IMG/VR virus record: IMGVR_UViG_3300005573_001133
Coordinates: 1-53,181 of that record
Source: a virus
Taxonomy: Duplodnaviria > Caudoviricetes
Direction: 5' to 3' (one strand)
Length of the DNA: 53,181 nt
The notes beneath the pieces are model-generated. The model was not told where the DNA came from. It did no database searches and saw nothing but the letters and a program-made list of their open reading frames with translations. Shown one piece after another: positions 19,393 to 29,300 of this stretch; position 1 is the first letter of the stretch, and each line of letters starts with the position of its first letter. The position numbers and the translations under genes were made by a program.

Positions 19393-20951
19393 TAAATTTC
19401 TATCAAAAAGCCTTCGATTCAAGTTTTATGGCGATATGGGGAAAGACAAAGTTCATTAATGAGGTGCCATTGCTATCTTTTGTAAGGGCAATGACCTGTT
19501 TTCTTCACAATAGTGATTTAGGAGTTGAGGACAGAAAGAAACTAATCTATACCTATTTGTCTGCTTGGTTTTCAACCCAAAAAGAAACAGACCAGCTGAA
19601 TAAAATAATGCAGAATATACCCACCGAAAACGAAGTTGTGATGAGGGTAGTTGAAAATGTATGCAATTTATATAAAGAAGCACCAAACCGTGAGTATTTA
19701 GGGCTTACAGCAAAACAAAAGGCTTATGTTGAAGATATAATCAAGAAATCGGGTTTCAATTTGGCGATTGACCAAGCATTTAAGATTATGTGGCTAGCTG
19801 GGGAGTGCATAATGCGACCCCGCCAGAAGGAAGGGAAATGGTGGTGGGAGGTGATACCACCCGATTTATATCGAATAGAGCAAGATGAAAACGGCAAAAT
19901 TTTAGAAATTTGGCTACCATTTATGAAAGAAGTCGACATTTCCCAGAATCGAAAAGATTATTACACCTATTTTCATTACTGGACACCTGAAACATACCAA
20001 CAATTAGATAGCAATTTAGAACCAGTTGAGTTTGAATACAATGGGAAGATAGTAACTGTTGTTGAACATAAATATGTGGACGCCGAAGGTAATCCATCCG
20101 TGCCGTGGGTTCTTTTACGAAGCAGTGAGAACGCAGATGTATTTGGAGGCGGGCAATGGGAACTCATTCGAGCTCAATTACAAATCAATTTGCTGAATTA
20201 TTTGATTGAGGAAAATTTAGTTTATGGCACAGTTGGTTTTTGGCTTGCAAGAAATCTCGGCGATTATGTTAAAGGCGAGACTTTTTCCCTTTCGCCCAGT
20301 AAATTAATTCACATAACCAATCAGAGTATAGATGATGTTCAGAGCGATATTGAGCATAAATCTGCACAAGCAATGTTTTTAGAGCTTATCGATGCAAAAC
20401 AGAGATTAACAGAAATAGTTTTAAGAAACTACTCTCTCCCCTTCTCTGCGATATCGTCTAATCCGAATTTCCCGAGCGGAGTGGCAATGCTTGTTGACCG
20501 CTGGGAGCTTATAGAAAAGCGGGCGAAATTTATTGATATGATGCAGAAATACGAAAATCAATTATTCCAATCGCTTGTAATGGTTAATAACGCAGAGATA
20601 GTAGAACCAAAACTACCTTTCTTTGAGATAAATGTTGATTATGCAGATTTTGAGTTACCCTACGATACAGACAAAGAAATCGAGATATATCAAACCAAGG
20701 CGGAACTTGGCGTTATCACTCCTCTCACCTTTGTTCGCAAACTCTCGGGGAATGAGTTTCTTAATACAGATGAGGAAGCAATAGAATTTGTTAAACAAAA
20801 CAAGAGAAAGTTCAATGAACTCGGACTATCTAAATCAAGTGGTTCAAGCAGCGAACCATACAGCAATCCGCTTACAGGAGCGTTCGCAAATACAGGAAAT
20901 ATGGACTCAAATCAATCTCCTTCATCAACAGATGAAGGAATTACGCAGTGA
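19389..20951 (+). CDS. Portal protein
   Basis: 520 aa directly after terL; LYKEAPNRE and SGVAM motifs. Confidence 0.75.
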   Translation: MINFYQKAFDSSFMAIWGKTKFINEVPLLSFVRAMTCFLHNSDLGVEDRKKLIYTYLSAWFSTQKETDQLNKIMQNIPTENEVVMRVVENVCNLYKEAPNREYLGLTAKQKAYVEDIIKKSGFNLAIDQAFKIMWLAGECIMRPRQKEGKWWWEVIPPDLYRIEQDENGKILEIWLPFMKEVDISQNRKDYYTYFHYWTPETYQQLDSNLEPVEFEYNGKIVTVVEHKYVDAEGNPSVPWVLLRSSENADVFGGGQWELIRAQLQINLLNYLIEENLVYGTVGFWLARNLGDYVKGETFSLSPSKLIHITNQSIDDVQSDIEHKSAQAMFLELIDAKQRLTEIVLRNYSLPFSAISSNPNFPSGVAMLVDRWELIEKRAKFIDMMQKYENQLFQSLVMVNNAEIVEPKLPFFEINVDYADFELPYDTDKEIEIYQTKAELGVITPLTFVRKLSGNEFLNTDEEAIEFVKQNKRKFNELGLSKSSGSSSEPYSNPLTGAFANTGNMDSNQSPSSTDEGITQ

Positions 20952-21000
20952 ACTTGAACAATTAAAAAAGTATGTTGAAAAAAATAGGAAAGAAAAATGA
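20815..21000 (+). CDS. Small coiled-coil protein overlapping the portal 3' end
   Basis: ATG 20815; stop overlaps the scaffold ATG (ATGA). Confidence 0.45.
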   Translation: MNSDYLNQVVQAANHTAIRLQERSQIQEIWTQINLLHQQMKELRSELEQLKKYVEKNRKEK

Positions 21001-21521
21001 GTGCAGAAGCACAAGAAACAATGGAACTTCGGGATGAACCCGAAACAACCGAATCCAAAGGGAAAGAATCCCGTATCAGTGATTTACCCGAAAACATTCG
21101 GGACTATATCCGGGCACTTCGCCGTGAGAACAAAGAATATCGGGAGCGATTAAAGATGGCATTAGAAGAAGTGCAAAAGCTGAAACCATTAGCAGAAAAA
21201 GCGGGCGAAATTGAAGAGAAGTATAACAAGATAGTCGAAAAGCAACGGGAAAAACTACTTGCAAAGCTTCCCGAAGACAAGCGAGATAAGTATAAGGACT
21301 GGGACGTTATGCAATTAGAAACCATTGTCGAGGACTTTTTAGCTGAACAGGAAAAACGGCAAAGCAGTCCCGGGGTGGTTCAAGGTCGACCCTTGCCACA
21401 GAAGGATTTTGCACAGATGACCCAAGACGAACTCTTGGAGTTAAAACTGCAAAATCCAGAAGTTTATGAACGTATGAAGAATGAATTTTTTAACAAGAAG
21501 TATAACATTTTAGGAGGCTAA
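20997..21521 (+). CDS. Capsid scaffolding protein
   Basis: Acidic coiled coil with LRRENKEYR and a C-terminal MT..E...L...NPEVY motif; precedes the capsid gene. Confidence 0.75.
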   Translation: MSAEAQETMELRDEPETTESKGKESRISDLPENIRDYIRALRRENKEYRERLKMALEEVQKLKPLAEKAGEIEEKYNKIVEKQREKLLAKLPEDKRDKYKDWDVMQLETIVEDFLAEQEKRQSSPGVVQGRPLPQKDFAQMTQDELLELKLQNPEVYERMKNEFFNKKYNILGG

Positions 21522-21524
21522 AAA

Positions 21525-22487
21525 ATGGCATTAACAGTTCAACCGCAAATCTGGGGCGATTGGGTCGTTACCGAAATGGTAAAAATCGCCAATATAGTTA
21601 CCTCGCCTTATATCGAGTTTGATACAGGCGTGAATATTAAAGAAGGAGAGATTTTACTGCGAATACCAAAATTGAAATCGCTCGATGTAATCGGCGATGA
21701 CGTGCGTGTTACGAAAACCACTCAGCTAACTCCTAACGAATTAGAGGATTATGCTGAGCTTGCTCCAATTCTGCGAACAGGTAATGCAATTCAAGTAACA
21801 GATGTCGAAATTGTTTCTAAGGGAATTGACCCATTGCAGGCTTTGGCTCCGCAAATTGCACAATATAATATCAACCAAATACAGAAAAAAGTCAAAGCTG
21901 TTTTCGATGGAGTATTCGCAAGTGCGCTTGCTACATCGCATACCTACGATGCATCAGGTAGTGGAGATGGTAAAATCGATGCGGGACCGATTGAAGATGC
22001 ATTACAAAGCGTGCTTGGGGAAACCAGCGAGGGTATGACCGCAATGATTATGCACTCCAAAGTTGCTGCGGATTTAAAGAAAAAGGGGTTGACTTATACG
22101 ATTTTAGCACCTGTTTTCACCGATGGTCTTCTCACGCAGGGACAAATCCCAACCTATTGGGGCAAGCGAATCATTGTGAATGATACTATTTGTGCCCCGT
22201 GGCAAGACACTGATGTGTGGTATTATCCGACCTATATTTTAGGTGGGCAACCTGCTTATGTTGGATTTCAGAAAGCATTGAATATTTTTTCCCAGTTTGA
22301 CCCTTCTGTAGGTGGAGGCACGAATAAATTATACTGGTATTCGCACTTTGCTGTGGGTTTCCGGGGTGTAAGTTTCACTGCTGGAATTGATAACCCAACA
22401 ACTGCTCAATTAGCAACAGGAAGCAATTGGACAAAAGTTGCACCAGATGACAAATTAATTCGAGTCGTAAGGTTAATCACAAAATAA
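21525..22487 (+). CDS. Major capsid protein
   Basis: GGAGG RBS; MIMHSKVAADLKK, GQIPTYWGKRIIVND and NPTTAQLATGSNW motifs. Confidence 0.87.
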   Translation: MALTVQPQIWGDWVVTEMVKIANIVTSPYIEFDTGVNIKEGEILLRIPKLKSLDVIGDDVRVTKTTQLTPNELEDYAELAPILRTGNAIQVTDVEIVSKGIDPLQALAPQIAQYNINQIQKKVKAVFDGVFASALATSHTYDASGSGDGKIDAGPIEDALQSVLGETSEGMTAMIMHSKVAADLKKKGLTYTILAPVFTDGLLTQGQIPTYWGKRIIVNDTICAPWQDTDVWYYPTYILGGQPAYVGFQKALNIFSQFDPSVGGGTNKLYWYSHFAVGFRGVSFTAGIDNPTTAQLATGSNWTKVAPDDKLIRVVRLITK

Positions 22488-22488
22488 A

Positions 22489-22878
22489 ATGAACTGGGAC
22501 AGCTTTTTCGCAGAGCCTAAATATTTACGAGCCAAAGAGGGCGAGCTTTTGCAAGCTCTAACCGATACAGATTGTAAAAATCTAAAAGCCGTGCAAGCAA
22601 AAAACGATATGCGTTGGGATTTAGAGGAAGTGCTTGGGGTAAGCCCCGATGATACACAATTCAGCAACTTCCTCCAATCAAATGAGGAATACCTCAAAGA
22701 AATGCTTGCACTTCGGCAATTATATTGGTTTTTCGCAGAAAAAAATCAAGGAGAGGGTTCGGTAAGTTACGCAAAGATGCACCTCTACGACAAGCTGTAT
22801 CGAGAGCGGAAAGCTCGCCTTGGCTCACTTATTTCGAATAAATCTCCAAGTATAACAGCGTTAATCATAACACGATGA
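22489..22878 (+). CDS. Putative head-tail adaptor
   Basis: Position and size. Confidence 0.5.
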   Translation: MNWDSFFAEPKYLRAKEGELLQALTDTDCKNLKAVQAKNDMRWDLEEVLGVSPDDTQFSNFLQSNEEYLKEMLALRQLYWFFAEKNQGEGSVSYAKMHLYDKLYRERKARLGSLISNKSPSITALIITR

Positions 22879-23456
22879 AGCCACAAGAGTTTCAGAATTT
22901 AGAGATAGCAATAGTAAAAAAAGCAACGGCTTTATTTGCCAACCCAAATGTTTTTAGGGACATAGGCAATAGGCTTTGTCAATTTATTCTGAAACTCATT
23001 ATTCAGCGAATTTTAGCAGGTTATGACCTTTTTAGTAGGAAGTTTGGAGGCTATAACGAAAGTTACAACAAAGAAAAAGCCTACAAGTATGCTGTGAGGA
23101 AATATGGAAGCACGGAATGGGCATCCAAAAGCAAAAAGGATAAGCTTCGATTAACAGGTAATCTTCTTTCTTCGCTGGATGTGAAACTTGTAGGCATACA
23201 AACAGGATTACGAAAAGTAGTTTTTCGGATTTTGATTTCAACCAAAGACCCAACGCAGATACCGAAAATCTTAGGTTTGCAATCGGAAACAGGAGTGGCT
23301 CGAAACCGAAGGACTTATGCAAAAAAGGCTTACTATTTTATGGGACTGGCTCTTTCCGGAGAGTGGAAAATACGAGAGGAACGAGAAATTAGGAACTTTT
23401 TGGTCTCGGAACTCGAAAATATTATTTCCAAAAAAATAGAGGTGAAACGTGCGTAA
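22875..23456 (+). CDS. Putative neck/virion morphogenesis protein
   Basis: Basic protein with LRLTGNLLSSL and FMGL motifs. Confidence 0.55.
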   Translation: MKPQEFQNLEIAIVKKATALFANPNVFRDIGNRLCQFILKLIIQRILAGYDLFSRKFGGYNESYNKEKAYKYAVRKYGSTEWASKSKKDKLRLTGNLLSSLDVKLVGIQTGLRKVVFRILISTKDPTQIPKILGLQSETGVARNRRTYAKKAYYFMGLALSGEWKIREEREIRNFLVSELENIISKKIEVKRA

Positions 23457-23853
23457 TTTTAGTAGCATTTTTGAGGGTGCAGAGATTACACTTTCGGAGG
23501 CATTCAATCTCCAAGTGAATTTTGGTCTTATGGGCGACCTTATGAGCTGGATTGATACTTCGAGTTCGATGGTGGATGCATTTCTTCTTTATTCAGGTTT
23601 CGAGCGTGGAATGGCATTAGATGGCGGTTATGTGGGAATAATCCACAAATTTGAGCTATATCTCCGCAAAATCAAATTAGAAAATACCGAAGTTCCGCAG
23701 GAAATTTTACGATGCATAGAAATAGCAGAAGATGTAGGTTTCTTGGAGTTTAATGTGCGAAATAAAACTTGGAAAATGTATTTCGATGCACTTTATGGAG
23801 AAGTAGTGCACGGGGAATATCTTCTTAAAATTCCAATCGAGGTTATAGGATGA
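23449..23853 (+). CDS. Hypothetical protein (possible tail completion)
   Basis: GAGGTG RBS, GTG start; position. Confidence 0.5.
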   Translation: MRNFSSIFEGAEITLSEAFNLQVNFGLMGDLMSWIDTSSSMVDAFLLYSGFERGMALDGGYVGIIHKFELYLRKIKLENTEVPQEILRCIEIAEDVGFLEFNVRNKTWKMYFDALYGEVVHGEYLLKIPIEVIG

Positions 23854-24536
23854 AAGTAACAGCAATCATACTTTTTTCGACGATTGACAATGAATTTTTA
23901 CCTGATTGCTTACTTTCTTTGCCCAAATGGGTGAAACCTTTGATTTTTAAAACAGACCAAGGAGAGAAAGAAGAAGTGCGGGAACTTCGCAATGATGAGC
24001 ATTTACAACTTTATGAATATAAATTTACCGGAATGTTGGATTTTTCTCGTGCTCGAAATATCGCCAAAGGTCTTTGTGATGCTGATTGGATAATTTCGAT
24101 TGATGCTGACGAAAGATTAGACCCATTTCAACACGAATGGTTATGGAATTTGCTGCACGAGGTTCCAGAAGATATTGGCGGTATAGCTGGCACGCAATGG
24201 TCTTTTTGTGCGAATATACCAAATCCAGAAAATAAAGAAAGGGCTCTGCGATTAGCTGTCCCAACCGTGCGTGTTTTTCGTAACCTTCCGCCATTTCAAT
24301 GGCGGTTCCCGATTCACGAGGTTATTGACCCCGCCATTGTTGAGAGCGGATATCGAATCCTTGACACAAAACTCAACATACTACACGAAGGGTATTCTCT
24401 TCCTGTCGAGCGTATGAAGGAAAAACTATGGCGAAATATTCGAGGCATAGTAGAAAACCCAGAAATACTCGAACAAAAACGATATCAAGATTATTTAATT
24501 AATAGTTGTGTTATGTTAAAACATTTAGGAGGTTAA
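23850..24536 (+). CDS. Glycosyltransferase family 2
   Basis: LPDCLLSL, DFSRARN, WIISIDADE (DxD), IHE and ILHEGY motifs. Confidence 0.88.
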   Translation: MKVTAIILFSTIDNEFLPDCLLSLPKWVKPLIFKTDQGEKEEVRELRNDEHLQLYEYKFTGMLDFSRARNIAKGLCDADWIISIDADERLDPFQHEWLWNLLHEVPEDIGGIAGTQWSFCANIPNPENKERALRLAVPTVRVFRNLPPFQWRFPIHEVIDPAIVESGYRILDTKLNILHEGYSLPVERMKEKLWRNIRGIVENPEILEQKRYQDYLINSCVMLKHLGG

Positions 24537-24537
24537 A

Positions 24538-25104
24538 ATGGCACGAACAATCTCAATCCACTCTCCTGTTGGAGGTGGTAATCTAATCGAGGTATTCGCT
24601 TTGGGAACCAATGCATTTGCAACCAAAGTGTATACTTTTGATAACATCGCAAGCGTAAAATCAACCGGACACCCCACGAAAAAATCACTAAGTTGGGAGG
24701 TCGACCAAATAGCATCGGACGAAGCGTTTTTCACGCATTTAAGCACCTATCTTTCCGAAAAAGTTATCGAGGAAGTTAAATATGATTGCGAAGATGGAAC
24801 ACAGCTCTCTTATGCGAATATCGACACATCTAAGCTTTTTGGTTATGCGGTTTATTTCGGAACTTTGAGCGGGAAACGAAAAGTCTTTGTTGGCGTCGGG
24901 ACATATTCAGGTGAAACAGGTTCGAGCCAAACTGCCAACAAGCAGTTCGAGAAGACGACTGTAAACATTTTGGCCGTTGCCGCACCTGCGACATATACAC
25001 TCCCAACGACAATTTGGAATACTGATATGATTGCAACTAATGGAGCTCCAACTCAATTAGCTCAGAATAGCTATGGAACCTACTGGTTTGCAACAGCAGT
25101 ATAA
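24538..25104 (+). CDS. Putative major tail (tube) protein
   Basis: Strong GGAGG RBS, Thr/Ala-rich, 188 aa, upstream of the chaperone and tape measure genes. Confidence 0.6.
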   Translation: MARTISIHSPVGGGNLIEVFALGTNAFATKVYTFDNIASVKSTGHPTKKSLSWEVDQIASDEAFFTHLSTYLSEKVIEEVKYDCEDGTQLSYANIDTSKLFGYAVYFGTLSGKRKVFVGVGTYSGETGSSQTANKQFEKTTVNILAVAAPATYTLPTTIWNTDMIATNGAPTQLAQNSYGTYWFATAV

Positions 25105-25693
25105 TTCTGATATTGCGGTGCCCAGCAAGTCTTTGCTGGGCTACCGTGATATTTTCGGTTGGTTCGATGCAGAAAAAATATACCAACAGATTTTTGATTT
25201 CATTCCGAATGATGGTTGGTTTTGCGAGATTGGTGTATTTTTAGGAAAAAGCACGGCATTTTTTCAAGAAATTTGCAGAAAAAATCCAGATAAACAGGTT
25301 AATCATATTGTGATTGATACTTTTGAAGGAACAAAAGGCGAACACGAAAGGATTTTAGAGCAATTAGGAAAGCCTTTAAAAGAGGCTTTTATAGAAAATA
25401 TGCGGAAATGCGGCTTTAATTTAGACAAAATTTTTATAAAGGTTGGTAAATCACAGGAAATTCTCTTACGAGATTTTCCACATCATTTTTTTGATGCAAT
25501 TTATATTGATGGAGAACATTCTTACGAAGCGTTTAAATTGGATTTGAAACTTGCCCGTTTGAAAGTGAAAAAGGGTGGAATAATTGCAGGACACGATATC
25601 GATATACCTTCGGTTTGGCGTGTGCTACGAGAAGAAGTGAAAAATTTTGAGTGGGATAAATTACAACGGTCTTTTATTTTTATTAACAAATAG
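25073..25693 (+). CDS. Class I SAM-dependent methyltransferase (Methyltransf_24-like); start uncertain
   Basis: EIGVFLGKST, IDTFEG, IYIDGEHSYE and GGIIAGHD motifs. Confidence 0.88.
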   Translation: MEPTGLQQQYNSDIAVPSKSLLGYRDIFGWFDAEKIYQQIFDFIPNDGWFCEIGVFLGKSTAFFQEICRKNPDKQVNHIVIDTFEGTKGEHERILEQLGKPLKEAFIENMRKCGFNLDKIFIKVGKSQEILLRDFPHHFFDAIYIDGEHSYEAFKLDLKLARLKVKKGGIIAGHDIDIPSVWRVLREEVKNFEWDKLQRSFIFINK

Positions 25694-25702
25694 AGGGGAA
25701 TT

Positions 25703-26116
25703 ATGTTTCTTGAATATCAAAATCAGAAAAAGGAAGTCCATCTTGTCAGCAAAATCACTCCAAAACTTAAAGTGGAGTTTGCAAAGAAATACTCGGAATT
25801 ACAATTTGACGAGGTGGACGAGGCAAAACTAAAAGCCTTGCAAACTTTTGACCCTACCGATGAGAACGGAATAAAAAATATCAAACCACTTGTGGAATTT
25901 TCAATTTTACAAAAACGAATCGGAAATCCTGAAACTATTGCTCATAATGATAAAGTCATAGTGGAGCTTTTCAAAATGATTGTTGACCGTTCGGGTTGGG
26001 ATAATCAATGGAATGAATGGTTCAATCAAGATTTCGAGGGTGATTTTTGGCAAAATCAAGATATAGTTTTAATCTCTGAACAGGTGCAACTTTTTCGTTC
26101 AAAAACTGGAATCTAA
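25703..26116 (+). CDS. Tail assembly chaperone (G-like)
   Basis: Position before the tape measure gene; followed by an open +1 frame. Confidence 0.65.
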   Translation: MFLEYQNQKKEVHLVSKITPKLKVEFAKKYSELQFDEVDEAKLKALQTFDPTDENGIKNIKPLVEFSILQKRIGNPETIAHNDKVIVELFKMIVDRSGWDNQWNEWFNQDFEGDFWQNQDIVLISEQVQLFRSKTGI

Positions 26117-26375
26117 ATTAAATGAAATCACTCTTTTACAGCAATATTTTGACATTTTCAGTATTGAATCGCAGGAAAATACTTGGGATGTCTGGTCAAT
26201 TATGCCCTATTCAGAAGAGCGGCAATGGTGGTCAATCTGTTGGAATCTTTCCGCAGGTCGAATTGAAATTGCACAAAATATTTTCGAGACGATGGACATA
26301 GTAGACATTTTTGAGAAATATGCAATTAAACTGAGTTTAGAATACATACCACGGGAGGAAACCGATGGCAGCTGA
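26094..26375 (+). CDS. Putative frameshift extension of the tail chaperone (T-like), +1 frame
   Basis: Frame is open from 26073 to TGA 26375 with no ATG before 26202; fills the gap up to the tape measure gene. Confidence 0.6.
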   Translation, partial: FVQKLESKLNEITLLQQYFDIFSIESQENTWDVWSIMPYSEERQWWSICWNLSAGRIEIAQNIFETMDIVDIFEKYAIKLSLEYIPREETDGS

Positions 26376-29300
26376 TGCTCTTGTTAGCATAGGATTGGAT
26401 GTTGAGGGAATTACCGCCGATGCAAAAAAGGCGGTTATTGCCATTCAAAACGAATTAAAAAATCTCCCTACAAATATATTATCCAAAAATTTCCAAGAAG
26501 TTTCTAATGAAGCTCGCCGAATGGCTACCGATATCAAAAACTCAATGGCAATGCTCATAGTAAGCGGGAAACAAGGTTCAGAAGAATATAAAAAGTTAGA
26601 AGAGGAACTTAAAAAGGTAACTGCTGAATCCAAAAAGTTTGAAGAGGCTTTAAAAGAAGTTGATAAAAGTTTAGAAGATGTAGGCGAAAGTGGGAAAAAA
26701 CTTGGGGAAAACACAGGGAAAGGCTTTTTAGAAAAGTTTAAAGAGCAAATACAATCCGGTAATTTCAATTTAGGTAGCATCCTTTCGGGCGGGGGTAAGC
26801 TTGGGGTAGGCATTGCAGCAGCAACGGGGATAATCGAAGGAATCAAAGGAATTGCAAATGCTTTCCAAGACCTTTATAAAAGAGGAGCTGAAATCGACGA
26901 GATGAATGATTCGCTGACTCGTTCATTTATGCAAGCTGGGGTTTCAACGGAATATCTCGATACTCAGATTGAAAGAGCAAATAAATTCGCAACAGAATTA
27001 GCATTTCAATATGGATTCTCAAAGCAACAAATAAAAGAATACACGGCACAGGTAGCGAGTCTTGGGGGACTAGTTGGACCCGAAAACGAAAAGTTGACCA
27101 AACTTGCATTGGGAGTTGAGAAAGTAACAGAGGGAATGGTAAGTGGTGAAGAAGTTATTCGTGCATTTACTCGTGGAATGGCGGACCCCGAAGCTGCTTC
27201 GGCAATGGAAAGACTAACTAAAAGGTTCCCTGCCCTTTCAAATGTATTGCGGGATAATGTTTCGACAACTGAGAAGCTCAACAATGCTCTCCAAACTCTT
27301 TCCCCAACCTTTAAACAATTAGAGGAAGATTTTGCAGGAAGCGATAGCACATTCGAACGTTTTTCGATGACCTTAAACGAAATAAAAGATAAAATAGCAT
27401 CAGGATTTTTCGATTTGGTAAACGAAGCAATAAAACCATTGAACGAAGCACTAAAAAAGATAGACTTTTCCGCAATCGGCGAAGGAATAAAATCGGCTAT
27501 GAACGTAATAAAAGAATATTCCCAGGCTTTGTTTTCATATTTCAAAATGATATATGAACCAATAGGAAATATTTTAAAAAATCTTTTCAATGGCATAAAA
27601 GAAGGTTGGGGTAATGCACTAAGTTCTACTAAAAGTTCTTTAGCTTCCTTTTTTAACTCAATAGGTTCTATCTTTAATTTTGTCAAAAATCTCATAAATG
27701 GAATAATTGAATTTTTAAGACCTTTATTAGAAGGAATAGGAAAATTGGTTGGTGATATTCTTTCAGGAGTTGTAGAATTTATAAGTAACACCGTGGGAAC
27801 TATTATTCAATCTTTTAAATCTATTTTTGATGAAATATCTAAATTGTTTTCAGATTTATTTGGCGAGCAAGTAGGGGAATCAATAAATGTGTTAGATATT
27901 CTTAAATCCATCCTGAGTGAAATCGGAAATGTTATAAAATCTATTCTGCAAATTACAACCCAAGTTTTGAACATCACAACAAAAATTGCAGTTTCACTTG
28001 TTAAAGAAGTATTTGCTGCTATCCGCCAAATCGTTAATTGGCTAAAAACTGCCTACAATTTTCTTGCGGAAAATATCGCAAAAGCTATTAGTTATGTTGC
28101 TAACTTGTTTGCTTCCGTTTATAACTGGATTTCCAATAGCATCACATCGTTTCTGAAATGGTTAGGATTATTGGAAACTGTTAAATCCGTTATCAACGCA
28201 ATTTATGAAGGAATTAAGGCAGCAGTGCAGTGGATAGTTGACCTTGCAAATAAAGTAGGGAATCTATTTGGTTCAGTTGAGAAATTTTTAGGGTTTCGTC
28301 CAGATGAAGCAAAAAAAGAAGGTGAAAAAACAGGAGCAAAAGTAGCAGAAGGAATAATTGATTCATTACGCCAACAAGGAAAGTATTTGCAAGATGCTTT
28401 GGGACGCTATCTTTCGATGTCGGATGAAGATTTAAAAAGGAATAAGGCAAAAATCCAGAAATTAATCTCTGAATCTAATCAATTTTTGGAAAGCATAAAA
28501 GGAAAAAGTCAATATTCAGATCTTTATCAGGGTATTTCAGCCTCTATTCAGCAATTACAAACAAAACTGGGTTCTTTAAAAAAGGAAAAAATTGAGAAAA
28601 ATGAGTTAAGTTCTGCGTTTGAAAAATTGTCCAGTGCCTTAGAAACCTCAAACCAAAGTTTAGAATCGTTCAAAAAGCAATATCAGGAAACAATTGCATC
28701 GCTGACCAAATCAATCGAAGAGACCCAATTAGAAACACAAAAAATCGTTTCCGAGCGAATTTATGAGGAAAGAATAGCAGTCTTAGAGGCTCAAAAAGAT
28801 AAAATCAAAGAGAGTGGTGCTGACGAAATTCAAATGCAATACCAATTACTGGAAATTGAAAAGCAAATCATTTTAGAGAAACAAAAACAAAAGGAAAATG
28901 AACTTCAAGTTGAATTTGAGCAAAAGAAAAAATCTTTGGAATTGGCTCGTGAAGAAGCAAAAACGAAAATTGAGTATGCAGCCAAAGAAATGAAGGAAAA
29001 AATCCGCTATGCATTGGAGGAAGCACGAACCAAAAAACAAATTGAAAAAGCTACAACAGAAGAAGATTTGGAGCGGGTTGAAAAAGAATTGCAAACCCGG
29101 ATGGTAAAAATTGACGAGGAAACCCAAAGACAAAAAGCCGAGATTGACGAAAAATACAATCAATATATTTTTGCAGTCGAGACTCAATATCAAGAAAAAA
29201 GAAAATCACTTCAAGAATCAACCAATCGGGAAATAGAACGGAAAGCCAAAGAAGTAACCCAAAACGTTTCAAAAGCAATTACGGGCGAAGCAAAAGATGT

